A stretch of DNA of 64,000 nucleotides from contig OZ076409.1 in NCBI GenBank assembly GCA_964187785.1, positions 99,140,001 through 99,204,000 on the forward strand, written 5' to 3'. Shown one piece after another: positions 53,021-63,353 of the stretch (positions are counted from its first letter, which is position 1; each line of letters begins with the position of its first letter). The notes beneath the pieces were generated by a model. The model ran no database searches. It was not told the origin of the DNA and saw nothing but the letters and a program-made list of their open reading frames with translations. Source of the DNA: Amphiscolops sp. MND2022 (lineage: Eukaryota). A program made the translations under genes and the position numbers.

Positions 53021-53219
53021 ATGTAAATATTGATTTTCAAAAGAAATTTTTTCAGACTGCTAATTAGTTGAGAAGGTAGATGTAAATATTGATTTTCAAA
53101 AGAAATTCTTTCAGACTGCTAATTAGTTGAGAAGGTAGATGTAAATATTGATTTTCAAACGAAATTCTTCCAGACTGCCAATTAGTTTAGAAGGTAGATG
53201 TAAATATTGATTTTCAAAA
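53021..53219. repeat. 59-bp tandem repeat x ~3.4 in the Polinton terminal region
   Basis: ATGTAAATATTGATTTTCAAA...GAAGGTAG starting at 53021, 53080, 53139, 53198. Confidence 0.95.
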
Positions 53220-53423
53220 CAATTAAAAAGAAACGAGAAAAACTTGAGCACTGAAGTGAATTTAATTACACCAAAAATCAATAAAAACACCCAACATTTT
53301 CAAAAATTATCTCCACTTCTACTGGGTTTTAAGAGATGGGGTTTTCACCATTGTGATCCTCTCTTCCATACGAGTAAAAAGAGATGTCGATGAGCAAAAT
53401 CCGCCGAGTAGTTAACAAAACCC

Positions 53424-53938
53424 AAAAAATCTAATTTGACCATGCTAGTTATTTGAGCATGTGCGATTTTTGAATTACGCGCGCTCCTAGGTATGGATAG
53501 GTGGATAGCAAACCATTGCACGAATCAAAAAATCTAATTTGACCATGCTAGTTATTTGAGCATGTGCGATTTTTGAATTACGCGCGCTCCTAGGTATGGA
53601 TAGGTGGATAGCAAACCATTGCACGAATCAAAAAATCTAATTTGACCATGCTAGTTATTTGAGCATGTGCGATTTTTGAATTACGCGCGCTCCTAGGTAT
53701 GGATAGGTGGATAGCAAACCATTGCACGAATCAAAAAATCTAATTTGACCATGCTAGTTATTTGAGCATGTGCGATTTTTGAATTACGCGCGCTCCTAGG
53801 TATGGATAGGTGGATAGCAAACCATTGCACGAATCAAAAAATCTAATTTGACCATGCTAGTTATTTGAGCATGTGCGATTTTTGAATTACGCGCGCTCCT
53901 AGGTATGGATAGGTGGATAGCAAACCATTGCACGAATC
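53424..53938. repeat. 103-bp tandem repeat x5
   Basis: AAAAAATCTAATTTGACCATGCTAG...CCATTGCACGAATC starting at 53424, 53527, 53630, 53733, 53836; copies look identical. Confidence 0.97.
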
Positions 53939-54832
53939 CTCCAAACATTCATTTGTATTATTAATTACAACTCAGTCGCCACACTCTCTTATCAACATGA
54001 GTGACAATCTCAAAACGAATATCAACCTTGCCAAAAAAATAAAGAAACTCGGATCCCGTCAGGTGAAACGAGACTTATACACTATAGCCTATCTCCACAT
54101 GTTTAAGTATCCGTTGAACGGAGATTTATACATTATAGCATTATAGCCTATATCCACATGTTTAAGTATCCGTTGAACGGAGATTTATACATTATAGCCT
54201 ATATCCACATGTTTAAGGATAGGACTTACCATCTTACCATGGTAATAGTCGCAGGTTGGCGGTCATATCATAATATTGTGTATAATCATGTATAATGTAT
54301 AAAATACACCGGAAAAAATATATTCAAATTTTCAGTTTTTTCTAGAATAACTGTACAGAATTAAATAAATCTACTAAGGTGGAAGAATACTGATGAAAAA
54401 AGACAATCGAATTTTATGTTTTTTGTTCACCAAATAAAGGTTGCCATTTTCAGCACACAATACTGTGTTGCATATAATCATTTTATTTGTATCTTTTGAC
54501 TATTTTCTGTATTATTCGGGAAAACATATAACGACTGACTTTTTGGTTCTGTTGCTGTGGAAGAAAGACACCCCCCTTTAATTGGAACATTTGTAATACT
54601 CTTTTATCTAGTTACTGAATGTTTTCGTGTGGATTCGAAAAAAGAGTCAGTATTATAGTCGCGTTTCACTTCATGATGTGCCGGCTCAAAACAAACACGA
54701 GACGCCCGTTGATAATACTATTCAAATTTAAAACATGTAGTCTGTGATTATCAGTGTAGGTTTACCATTGCGCATGCCTATGTGTCTTGTATTTTTTAGT
54801 CATAGACATTTTCATGTCCAATTAAATAAAGA

Positions 54833-55243
54833 ATGAATTTAACATTCAAAGAATTTGTCAAGAAATATGGTTTAAAAAACGAAGCAACTTCTAATGTAAA
54901 AATAAAAGGTATACTAGACATAATAAATAGACATATTCATGATTCCTGTAAAGTGTACATGAGAGATGATAAATTTACAACTGATTCAGGGATTGTAAAT
55001 TTACACCCCTCAGTGGGAACACACTGGGTCATGTTTATTAAGGAATATTACTTCGATTCATATGGCTGCCCACCTCCAATAAACATACTCAACTATCTTA
55101 ATATTGGTCAATACTCAGAATATCAAATTCAAAAAAATGATAGCTATTGCGCAGCGTATTGTTTATATGTTTTATATCTTACACAAAGGATAGGCTTTAA
55201 AAATGCAGTTTTAAGTTTATACTATCAGACATTTTGTCATTAA
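54833..55243 (+). CDS. Adenain-like cysteine (maturation) protease
   Basis: VNL...GTHWV (His), YYFDSYG (Asp), QIQ...SYCAAYC (Gln/Cys): Polinton/adenovirus protease motifs. Confidence 0.9.
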   Translation: MNLTFKEFVKKYGLKNEATSNVKIKGILDIINRHIHDSCKVYMRDDKFTTDSGIVNLHPSVGTHWVMFIKEYYFDSYGCPPPINILNYLNIGQYSEYQIQKNDSYCAAYCLYVLYLTQRIGFKNAVLSLYYQTFCH

Positions 55244-55246
55244 TAA

Positions 55247-55415
55247 ATGAAGAAAATTAATACTTATTCAGCTCAGTTTAAAGTCATATATCCAAAAGAT
55301 CATTCAAAAAATAATAATACGAATGGTATTCCGAATGAGAAAAAAATTATCAAAAGATAGACAAGAATTTATAAATAACATAGCTGCTAGTGGATTTAAA
55401 CACTTTCATGCATAA
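55247..55415 (+). pseudogene. Small (~55 aa) Polinton ORF, apparently frameshifted in an A-run
   Basis: TAAATG start MKKINTYSAQFKVIYPKDHSK; an alternative frame IIIRMVFRMRKKLSKDRQEFINNIAASGFKHFHA* ends just before the next ORF. Confidence 0.4.
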
Positions 55416-55418
55416 TAA

Positions 55419-56456
55419 ATGGATCTATCAAACTTTGTAACTTATGATAAAAAGGAATCTCTTTTGCTGAATATTGCTAAATCTAATCAAGAAATTGTTG
55501 AAAATACTCATTCGAAACCACAAGAAACTCTAGAATTTAAAATGACTAAACAAAAAGAATCTTTTTCATTCGATGTTCCTCTCCAACTAAATGAAAATTG
55601 GATGATGGGAGTAACAAGTTTAGAAGTCTATAATACAGTTTATAATATCACTAACAGCAATAACAAACTTAAAATACTTCTAACAGACGAACAACTCATA
55701 GAACATGGAGTTGACATTGTATTAGTAAAGAATATAAAATCTTTGTATGAATCCTATAACTTAGAAAATCAGGAGGCGTATAATGAATTTGTAGAAAAAG
55801 TTAGTACAATTATAACCAATAGTTATTCTGAAAACAATAAACTTGCAAAAAAAGATTTTAATGATTTAAAGGAATTAGTTGAGGCTAATAACCAACAACA
55901 CACCAAGCACCCCATAACTATTCCTGAATTTGAAATTCAAGATGATTCTATTGAAATAGAACTAACACCAGGAGTTTATGAACTAGTTGATATAAATAAT
56001 GCAATTAAACTAAAAATTCATGAAAGTGTTTATGATTTTAAAATTGATATAATACCCGACACAATATCAATGAAATCAGTTTTAACAACCTCAAACTCTA
56101 TTCATTTTAACTCCAGACTTAACATTCTTTTGGGATTTACAAACAAGGATTACCCACCCGGAACTCACACTTCAGAGAAACCAGTTATGATAACGACCAC
56201 CGATAAAGTTCACCTGAAGTGCGACTGCGTAGATGGTTCAATTGTTAATGGAATTAGAGAACAAATCCTGTTTAGTTTTAATCTTAGTGCTCCTCCGGGA
56301 TATAAAATTATAAATAATCCGACTACTGTTTTGTACAAAAAGATAAACAAAACAAGATTAGACCAGATACAATTTTTTCTTGAAGACTCCAACCACAACC
56401 CAGTAGATTTCAACAACGAGACACTCACATTCACAATTCAAATCATCAAGATTTAA
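55419..56456 (+). CDS. Minor capsid (penton-like) protein
   Basis: C-terminal HLKCDCVDGSIVNG...ILFSF...PPGYKI..NP...LY...IQFFLED...VDFNNE..TFTIQI pattern typical of Polinton pentons; beta-rich ends with a helical insert. Confidence 0.75.
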   Translation: MDLSNFVTYDKKESLLLNIAKSNQEIVENTHSKPQETLEFKMTKQKESFSFDVPLQLNENWMMGVTSLEVYNTVYNITNSNNKLKILLTDEQLIEHGVDIVLVKNIKSLYESYNLENQEAYNEFVEKVSTIITNSYSENNKLAKKDFNDLKELVEANNQQHTKHPITIPEFEIQDDSIEIELTPGVYELVDINNAIKLKIHESVYDFKIDIIPDTISMKSVLTTSNSIHFNSRLNILLGFTNKDYPPGTHTSEKPVMITTTDKVHLKCDCVDGSIVNGIREQILFSFNLSAPPGYKIINNPTTVLYKKINKTRLDQIQFFLEDSNHNPVDFNNETLTFTIQIIKI

Positions 56457-56465
56457 TATAAATAA

Positions 56466-56846
56466 ATGAGCTTCAATAAATTTAAAACTAAGTCTTATTG
56501 TGTTGGTGGTAAACACTATTCTGCTACAACTAATATTCGAGGAGATATTTCTCAAAATAAAAAAACTGGCATGCCAGTTAAACTCCTACGTGGTGTGTGT
56601 GTAACATGTAAAAGAAATAAATCCCTTATAGTATCTGATCAAACTATTTCAGCCGAGGGATTGGATGACTTCTTTAAACATATGAGAAAGAAAATACTCA
56701 ATAATCCTGGTAGAGCACTAGAACTCGCAGCTAATATTGGTACCGCAGCAGCAAGTAAAAATCCACGAATGATAGCTGCAACTGCTCCTGATATTATAAA
56801 ATTTGTTCATCAAGGAAAAGGCTTATATTTGGGAAAAATTCATTAA
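56466..56846 (+). CDS. Small basic Polinton protein (Cys-containing N-domain plus amphipathic helix)
   Basis: SYCVG...GVCVTC..NKS (DUF5679-like), AEGLDDFFKHMRKK, C-terminal GKGL; function inferred only. Confidence 0.65.
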   Translation: MSFNKFKTKSYCVGGKHYSATTNIRGDISQNKKTGMPVKLLRGVCVTCKRNKSLIVSDQTISAEGLDDFFKHMRKKILNNPGRALELAANIGTAAASKNPRMIAATAPDIIKFVHQGKGLYLGKIH

Positions 56847-56861
56847 ATTTATGGTTAATAA

Positions 56862-57782
56862 ATGTATTCAATACATAATCGTGATGATTTAGAAAAATTA
56901 AAAAAATTGCAAAAAACAAAATCTTCACTCCGCAAAGAAAGATTAAAAGAGAAACTTGGGAAGCAAGACTTTCATTACGATATGGAAGAAGTTTTTGAAC
57001 CCGTTACTGAAAACCAGAAACAAAACCAAACTAAACAACAAGAACTTTCTGAAAAGCAAATACAAGCGCTACGTGATTCTACTCAAACTACAACACAAGC
57101 AATCGAAAATCAGGCAAGAGCAATAGAACACAGTAGTGATATTTTAAATAAAAATTTACAAAAATCTATTAAAGATGCTAATTCCAACCAAGTAGACAGT
57201 TCAATTGTTAAAACAGTTTCCAACCTTCTCAATGACAAAAACAAAAGTCAATTTAGTTTAGAACCTGTTTTAGGAAGTTCAAATTTCTTCAAAATTAACC
57301 ACACTGATCCTCAACTAGTACAAATCAAAGGTTCAACGATGACTTTCGAGAATGGTAACACATATAATTTAAATGATCCGGATCTTTCATCTATTATAAC
57401 TAATGCACAAATAGATAAAAAAATACAAAACGAGAATCTTATTTATAATTTTTTAAAAGATATGAAATATGATCTTAATTATGGAGATAAAAAATCAAAG
57501 AGGTATTCTTTCATTAAACAGTTGATTAATCAATACACATATCAACAATCCCAATCGGGAAGTGGATTAAATCAGTATATCTTCCTCCCATCTGACCCAG
57601 ATGAGCTTGTAGATCAACTTAAACTAATCGTGTTAGAAAAAGTAGGAGGAAATGATAATCCTATGCTGAGCGAACAAATCATAGCAATTGCTGATAAACT
57701 TTTACAATACCAATGCATTACAACAAATCAACATCAAAACATTGTTTCAGCTTTTACTAAAAAGGATCAGTTTGTGGATTAA
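56862..57782 (+). CDS. Polinton conserved hypothetical protein (coiled coil, GSGL, LPSDPDELVDQL)
   Basis: 306-aa intact ORF; the C-terminal LPSDPxELVxxLxL...GNDN...I.AI.DKLL motif is one I recognise from Polinton accessory proteins. Confidence 0.75.
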   Translation: MYSIHNRDDLEKLKKLQKTKSSLRKERLKEKLGKQDFHYDMEEVFEPVTENQKQNQTKQQELSEKQIQALRDSTQTTTQAIENQARAIEHSSDILNKNLQKSIKDANSNQVDSSIVKTVSNLLNDKNKSQFSLEPVLGSSNFFKINHTDPQLVQIKGSTMTFENGNTYNLNDPDLSSIITNAQIDKKIQNENLIYNFLKDMKYDLNYGDKKSKRYSFIKQLINQYTYQQSQSGSGLNQYIFLPSDPDELVDQLKLIVLEKVGGNDNPMLSEQIIAIADKLLQYQCITTNQHQNIVSAFTKKDQFVD

Positions 57783-58578
57783 AGATTTTATACTCTGGAT
57801 TAGATTCATTGCACAGTTTATACTTACATCCGTTTTTATCTTCTAGCCTGTTTATTAATAAATAGTTGTATTTTTCTTTCCATGCCTCCCTGCACAAACT
57901 TTTAAATTCATCATAAGACATATCAAAACCTGCAATATCTCTGTATATATTTTCTACATCTTTCAATGTTTGTTGAAATAAAATTATGATATTACTATTA
58001 TTGCGTATGGTGCGTTTAGGCAAATCGAAATATGACTGTGATAAATAATAAACATCTAAATCATTATGTCTTCCCCTAGTAAAAAATGGATCTATTAATT
58101 TCTGATTCGAGTCTAACATATCATCAAATACAACACAACAATTTTGAAAATCTTGTATTGTTCTATCTTCTAGATCGTCTTCCACTGAAACGTCTTCTAG
58201 TTGTATGTTCTCGTATTGTTCCGGAGATCTAGTTATGATTTTTATTTGTTGTTCTGGGTTATCCAAGCGAATTAATTGTAATTTGTTTAATAACAAAAAA
58301 GTCTTACCACAAAATGAAGGACCAACTATTAATGTTCGATTTAATGCATCAGCCTCAATTGTATTATTTGTATCAGTTTTATGAATGTTTTTTATATGCT
58401 TTGACAAATATGTTTTATTGAATTCACGGTTACAAAATTCACACCTCATCTTCCTATTAAAACAACTAATACACTTAATATATACATCACCATTTTTATA
58501 TTTATAGAAATCTTCTTCAGATTTAAAAATATTACACCCTTTACAGATTTTTTTATTACCACAACTTAAACTGTTCAT
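57757..58578 (-). CDS. A32/FtsK-HerA-type genome packaging ATPase with N-terminal zinc fingers
   Basis: Walker A GPSFCGKT, Walker B VVFDDM, FTRGRH arginine motif, LSQSYFDLPK.TIRNN. Confidence 0.92.
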   Translation of the reverse strand: MNSLSCGNKKICKGCNIFKSEEDFYKYKNGDVYIKCISCFNRKMRCEFCNREFNKTYLSKHIKNIHKTDTNNTIEADALNRTLIVGPSFCGKTFLLLNKLQLIRLDNPEQQIKIITRSPEQYENIQLEDVSVEDDLEDRTIQDFQNCCVVFDDMLDSNQKLIDPFFTRGRHNDLDVYYLSQSYFDLPKRTIRNNSNIIILFQQTLKDVENIYRDIAGFDMSYDEFKSLCREAWKEKYNYLLINRLEDKNGCKYKLCNESNPEYKIFNPQTDPF

Positions 58579-58604
58579 TTATTTAGTAAAATTCCGTTGT
58601 AAAA

Positions 58605-59100
58605 TGAATCACTAAGACGATTTTTTGTCACTAAGACCCACCTCTTAGTGAATAAGAAACACTAAGAATCACTAAGAATCACTAAGACCCACCTCTTAGT
58701 GAATAAGAAACACTAAGAATCACTAAGACCCACCTCTTAGTGAATAAGAAACACTAAGAATCACTAAGAATCACTAAGACCCACCTCTTAGTGAATAAGA
58801 AACACTAAGAATCACTAAGAATCACTAAGACCCACCTCTTAGTGAATAAGAATCACTAAGAATCACTAAGACCCACCTCTTAGTGAATAAGAAACACTAA
58901 GAATCACTAAGAATCACTAAGACCCACCTCTTAGTGAATAAGAAACACTAAGAATCACTAAGAATCACTAAGACCCACCTCTTAGTGAATAAGAAACACT
59001 AAGAATCACTAAGAGTCACTAAGACCCACCTCTTAGTGAATAAGAAACACTAAGAATCACTAAGAGTCACTAAGAGTCACTAAGACCCAACACTTAGTGA
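58605..59100. repeat. Array of 10-bp CACTAAGAAT monomers with ten embedded hairpins between divergent ATPase and integrase
   Basis: CACTAAGA-cccacc-TCTTAGTG at 58629, 58680, 58721, 58772, 58823, 58864, 58915, 58966, 59017, with a variant at 59078. Confidence 0.97.
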
Positions 59101-59135
59101 TAAAAATACCACTTTCAACCATTCTAAATTATTAA

Positions 59136-59986
59136 ATGAACCTGAAACAAAAAATAGCTAAAGAAATATTCTCTCCTGTAGTTAAAAAATTTGACCGCAT
59201 CCAAATACAAACTCACTATAAAGATGAGTGTTGGAGTATTGATCTGATAGACCGATCTAGCTTAGCAAAATACAACAAAAACTACAAGTTTATTTTTACA
59301 ATAATTGACAATCATACTAAATTTGCATGGGCGATTCCTCTTAAAGATAAATCAGGAAAAAGTACAACGACTGCATTCAAGAAACTAATAGAAACTAGTA
59401 AAAGAAAACCTGAAAAAGTGTGGTCGGATAGAGGTAAAGAGTTCTATAATAAAACATTTTTGGATTTTCTTAAACAAAATGAATACAAATTTATTCAACT
59501 CACTCAGATTTGAAAGCTGTTTTTGTTGAACGTTTCAATAGAACATTATTAGATCTTATCAAAGAACCGATGTATATTGAAGGTAAAGCTTGTTGGTTGA
59601 ATCATATTAACAGTGCTTTGGATAAGTATAATAATCGTGTGCATACCACAACCCGCATGACACCGTTTAAAGCTAGTAATAAACCAATAGATCCACCTAC
59701 TTTTGTTAATAAACCGAAACAACCCAAATTTCAAGTGGGAGACTATGTAAGAGTTCCTGATAAAAGGAACATTTATTCAAAAGGCTATACAACAAATTGG
59801 AATAGAGAACTTTTTAAAATACAAAAAATTAATCCAACTAACCCCATAACCTATACTTTAGAAGACGAAAACAACGAGCAAATAGCAGGAAAATATTATG
59901 AACAAGAACTTTTAAGAAGTGTATTCAACTTTGAATCTAATAACAAAACGTTAGAAAGTATGAATATTTTCCATCAGTTTGAGTAA
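59136..59986 (+). pseudogene. Retroviral-like (rve) integrase with one frameshift near 59482
   Basis: DDE motifs WSIDLID, VWSDRGKEF, VERFNRT; C-terminal FQVGDYVRV...KGYTTNW...YEQEL. Adding one A at GAA(A)TACAA fuses ORFs 59136 and 59510. Confidence 0.9.
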
Positions 59987-60006
59987 TTATGCTAAAATAA
60001 ATAAGA

Positions 60007-60696
60007 ATGTCATTACATAAGTTTGGTTATAGTGCTGAAAGCCTACAAAAAGACAAGATTGAGAATCTTGAAAAAGAATTGGAGTCACAAACCAAATTAT
60101 TCAACTTAAAACTTTATGATTTGTCTAATAATTTAGAAAATTTTAATAACCTACAAGAAGTTATATTTGACAACGGTGAAACAAAGGTATTAGTCAATGC
60201 AAAAACGTTTGTAGACATAAACAAAAATATAGAAGATATAAAAATAAATTTGAAATACTTAGAACAAGATATTAAAAATAAATTATTAGAAAAGAAGAAA
60301 GAAATAATTTTGGATGCTGCTAAGTTGGTAGAAGAACAACAAACCATTTTGCGAAATAGTTTCGAGAGAAACCTTATTTCAGAATTGGAAAAAAGCAAAA
60401 ACCAAGCAGTCAAGGATGTTATACAACTACTGTATAGCAAAGGATTGTTTGACTCATTTGAAAATAAGGACCAAATATTCCAGTCGTATTTGACCTTCTC
60501 AAACCAATACTTGCTTGAAAAATACGGAACAGAAATAAAGACATCAGATGGTGTGTATTATTTATCAGACTTGGACTATTCAACGAGAGAAGATATTGTG
60601 AAGTGTTTAAAAAAAGATGAATACAAAGATATAGTTGACCTTAAATATAGAATGAAACTAACCACGAGTGAAATCAATTTCATACTTTTTGACTAA
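60007..60696 (+). CDS. Hypothetical coiled-coil protein
   Basis: 229-aa ORF packed between Polinton genes; no motif recognised. Confidence 0.7.
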   Translation: MSLHKFGYSAESLQKDKIENLEKELESQTKLFNLKLYDLSNNLENFNNLQEVIFDNGETKVLVNAKTFVDINKNIEDIKINLKYLEQDIKNKLLEKKKEIILDAAKLVEEQQTILRNSFERNLISELEKSKNQAVKDVIQLLYSKGLFDSFENKDQIFQSYLTFSNQYLLEKYGTEIKTSDGVYYLSDLDYSTREDIVKCLKKDEYKDIVDLKYRMKLTTSEINFILFD

Positions 60697-60700
60697 ATAA

Positions 60701-61237
60701 ATGAATGAAAAATTATACCCCAGTTTGCAACCACAAGTAGATAGTTTAGAGCAACACCTAAACCTACGATTGAAAGAAATAAATAGTTTCAATATTTCAA
60801 TTCAAAATATAAAAGATATTAAAAATTTTTATAATCATGAAGCCAAAAAGTATAAAAAGAAAAGTAAACAATACAAGCTCATAAATTGTTTAATACAATC
60901 TGTTGATGGTGTTTCAATACTAGCTGTATCATCAACATGTGTCACTCTCAGCATTACTGGAGTTGGACTGGTTGTTGTCCCCGTTGCTAGTGGTATTGGT
61001 GCAGGTTTATGTATAATCAGTAAGCTTCTTGGTGAGTACCTGAAAAGAAAAGAACAACACAATCTTAAGAAATATACCCTTGCTGGTAGAACACTACATG
61101 ATTTCTGTAAACTACATTCAAAATGTTTAGAAGACAAAAAAATCGATCTGAATGAATATAACAAACTAAAACAATCTTATGATACATACAAAACGAACAA
61201 AACTAAACTAAATTCTGAGTTTACTTTTTTAGGCTAA
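60701..61237 (+). CDS. Polinton membrane protein (glycine-rich hydrophobic hairpin)
   Basis: GVSILAVSSTCVTLSITGVGLVVVPVASGIGAGLCIISKLL flanked by basic helices; lies just upstream of the capsid gene. Confidence 0.75.
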   Translation: MNEKLYPSLQPQVDSLEQHLNLRLKEINSFNISIQNIKDIKNFYNHEAKKYKKKSKQYKLINCLIQSVDGVSILAVSSTCVTLSITGVGLVVVPVASGIGAGLCIISKLLGEYLKRKEQHNLKKYTLAGRTLHDFCKLHSKCLEDKKIDLNEYNKLKQSYDTYKTNKTKLNSEFTFLG

Positions 61238-61296
61238 CATTATTTAGTAAAAACAATATCAGTATAAATTTTAAATCATGATTTTTTTGTATATAA

Positions 61297-62527
61297 ATGG
61301 AATTATTTTCTTTGAAAAATAAATATGTTCTCGATAATCCAATTCATAAAATTGATTTTATTAAATACTCGCCTAGTAGTTTAGCTACAATCAACAACAA
61401 TAATTCAAATATTTCCATCATTTTCCCAAGAGAAGATGCTTATATTTGTTTACAAAACTCATACATTAGTCTAGAATTTGAAGTTCTTAAAAAACGATAA
61501 CACACGCTACGTAGACAACGACCAAATAAGCTTGGTCAACTTTGGGCCTGTTGCTTTAGTTAGTGAAGCTAAACTTGTGACATCATCAGGAAAGCATCTT
61601 GAGAAAGTTGATAACCTACACCCAGTATGTTTAATGTACAAGCTTTTGACTAGCAACCAACAAACAAGTCAATTGATGTACGGATTTGAAGAATCAGAAA
61701 ACACCAGGCGATTAGAATTAACAAACCACAAAACAGAAAAAGGAACCTTTTTTGTTAGAATAAAACTAAAAGACTTGTTTGGATTTGCTGATCAAGAAAA
61801 AATAACTTACGGATTGGGTTATTCTCTGACATTAAAACGTAATAATAATAACGACCCTATCATCAGGGACAACGGTGTAGATGCTGCAAAAATAGATATA
61901 AAAGATATTGCTTGGCACATTCCACACTATGTACCCAGTATGGAAAACCAGCAGGTTGTCCTTAATCAAATATTAGATAAAGACCCAACCGAGTTGTATT
62001 ATATAGAACGAACTGTCTTTAGAAAAGATGTTAACACCAATAATAATTGGACATTTGAATTAGGCAACAGTGGAGAATCGACACCAACATACGTGATAGT
62101 TGGATTTCAAGCTAGAAATAAAATTGATTAACAAACACATAACAACTCAACATTCGATCGACTTTCGGTTAGTAATGCAGTTTGTAAAATAGGATCAGAA
62201 AAATATCCCGATGATGGAATAGAATGTGACTACGACCGCGACAAATACGATCAAGCTTATTATGAAATCGAAAACTTCTATAACTTACATTCTGAATCTA
62301 ATCTACTCAATCCGTTTATCAGTTTGCACAAATTCCGAACGAGTTACAATTTTTATGTGTTTGACCTATCTAAGCAAAAACCACCTATAGCATCTCAACC
62401 TATTAGATTAGAATTTAAATTTAGTGCTGCTTTTGGTGTAGCAGATTATGTAGCTTATGCCCTTGTACTAACACCCAAGTTAATAAGTATTAGTAGTGAC
62501 GGACAAAGACACTTTGATCTTTTATAA
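61297..62527 (+). pseudogene. Major capsid protein (double jelly-roll type), disrupted by a frameshift (~61490) and an in-frame stop (62129-62131)
   Basis: Three ORF pieces reconstruct to about 409 aa; motifs SYISLEFEV, HLEKVDN, IAWHIPH, PTYVIVGFQ, STFD, EKYP, FYVFDLSKQ. The frame stays open after the TAA. Confidence 0.8.
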
Positions 62528-62619
62528 TTCATCAATTCATCAATATAAAAACATTAGATGAAAACGAATCTGTAATTAAAAAAATTGAAAATTTATTTGA
62601 AATAAATAATATATAATAA

Positions 62620-62817
62620 ATGAAGTACATAAATAATAAATTTTACACTGAAGTTAATAATCCAAAGTACATTATCAATGATGGTAAAATTCTGAGAGAA
62701 ACATCTCCTCCCAAGTCATTGAAATCTAAATATGAAGTTATGAATGGTGTTAAATTAGATAAAAAATCAAATATAATTGAATTAGATGACGGATCTCTTC
62801 ATATTGTAACGAAATAA
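62620..62817 (+). CDS. Small hypothetical Polinton protein
   Basis: TAAATG start; its stop abuts the next start codon. Confidence 0.55.
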   Translation: MKYINNKFYTEVNNPKYIINDGKILRETSPPKSLKSKYEVMNGVKLDKKSNIIELDDGSLHIVTK

Positions 62818-63147
62818 ATGGATGAAGAAGAATTTTTAAATCCTACCATGTGTAGGAGATGTAATAGAAATGCTCTACTAGAATACGAGTATGAATTCAC
62901 TTGTTATGTATGTGAATTCAATGTTATAAAAACTAAAAATCAATTGACAAAAGTTCAAAGAAAAAAGAATATCAATTTTAAAGGGAGATTAACATATGCA
63001 ACTCCGAAAATAATTGGTATTTGTATGGAAGTTAATTCATTAGTTCAAACCAATGATATAGACGTTCTCGCAGCTGTCCTGACATATCTTAAAAAGAAGA
63101 GACTAAATATCTTAGAAGAAATCCTAAACAAGTTTGATGACGCCTGA
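62818..63147 (+). CDS. Hypothetical protein with C4 zinc ribbon
   Basis: CRRC...CYVC; TAAATG start. Confidence 0.65.
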   Translation: MDEEEFLNPTMCRRCNRNALLEYEYEFTCYVCEFNVIKTKNQLTKVQRKKNINFKGRLTYATPKIIGICMEVNSLVQTNDIDVLAAVLTYLKKKRLNILEEILNKFDDA

Positions 63148-63353
63148 TGATTTCGAAAAAAAATGTCTTCGCTGCATCTGAAGGAATTCACAAAGCTGGA
63201 GATTATGCACTTAGGATGATGAAGTGGTTGGTCTCGGCTAGGTATTATGAAAATATAAATTATTACGACTTGATAGCAACTGCTTTGATGTATATAAAGG
63301 GTGAAAAGTTATATGTTACGAAAGAGATTTTCTCAGTAGTAAATGACAGATAG
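63147..63353 (+). CDS. Small hypothetical protein
   Basis: TGATG stop/start overlap with the previous ORF. Confidence 0.5.
   Translation: MISKKNVFAASEGIHKAGDYALRMMKWLVSARYYENINYYDLIATALMYIKGEKLYVTKEIFSVVNDR

Noticed and set aside
58605..59100. CRISPR-like array (palindromic repeats at regular spacing)
   Set aside because: The intervening sequences are copies of the same 10-bp monomer, not unique spacers; no cas genes; eukaryotic context.
61480..61500. Programmed ribosomal frameshift in the capsid gene
   Set aside because: Simple homopolymer indel with no obvious stimulatory structure, and the gene also has a nonsense codon.
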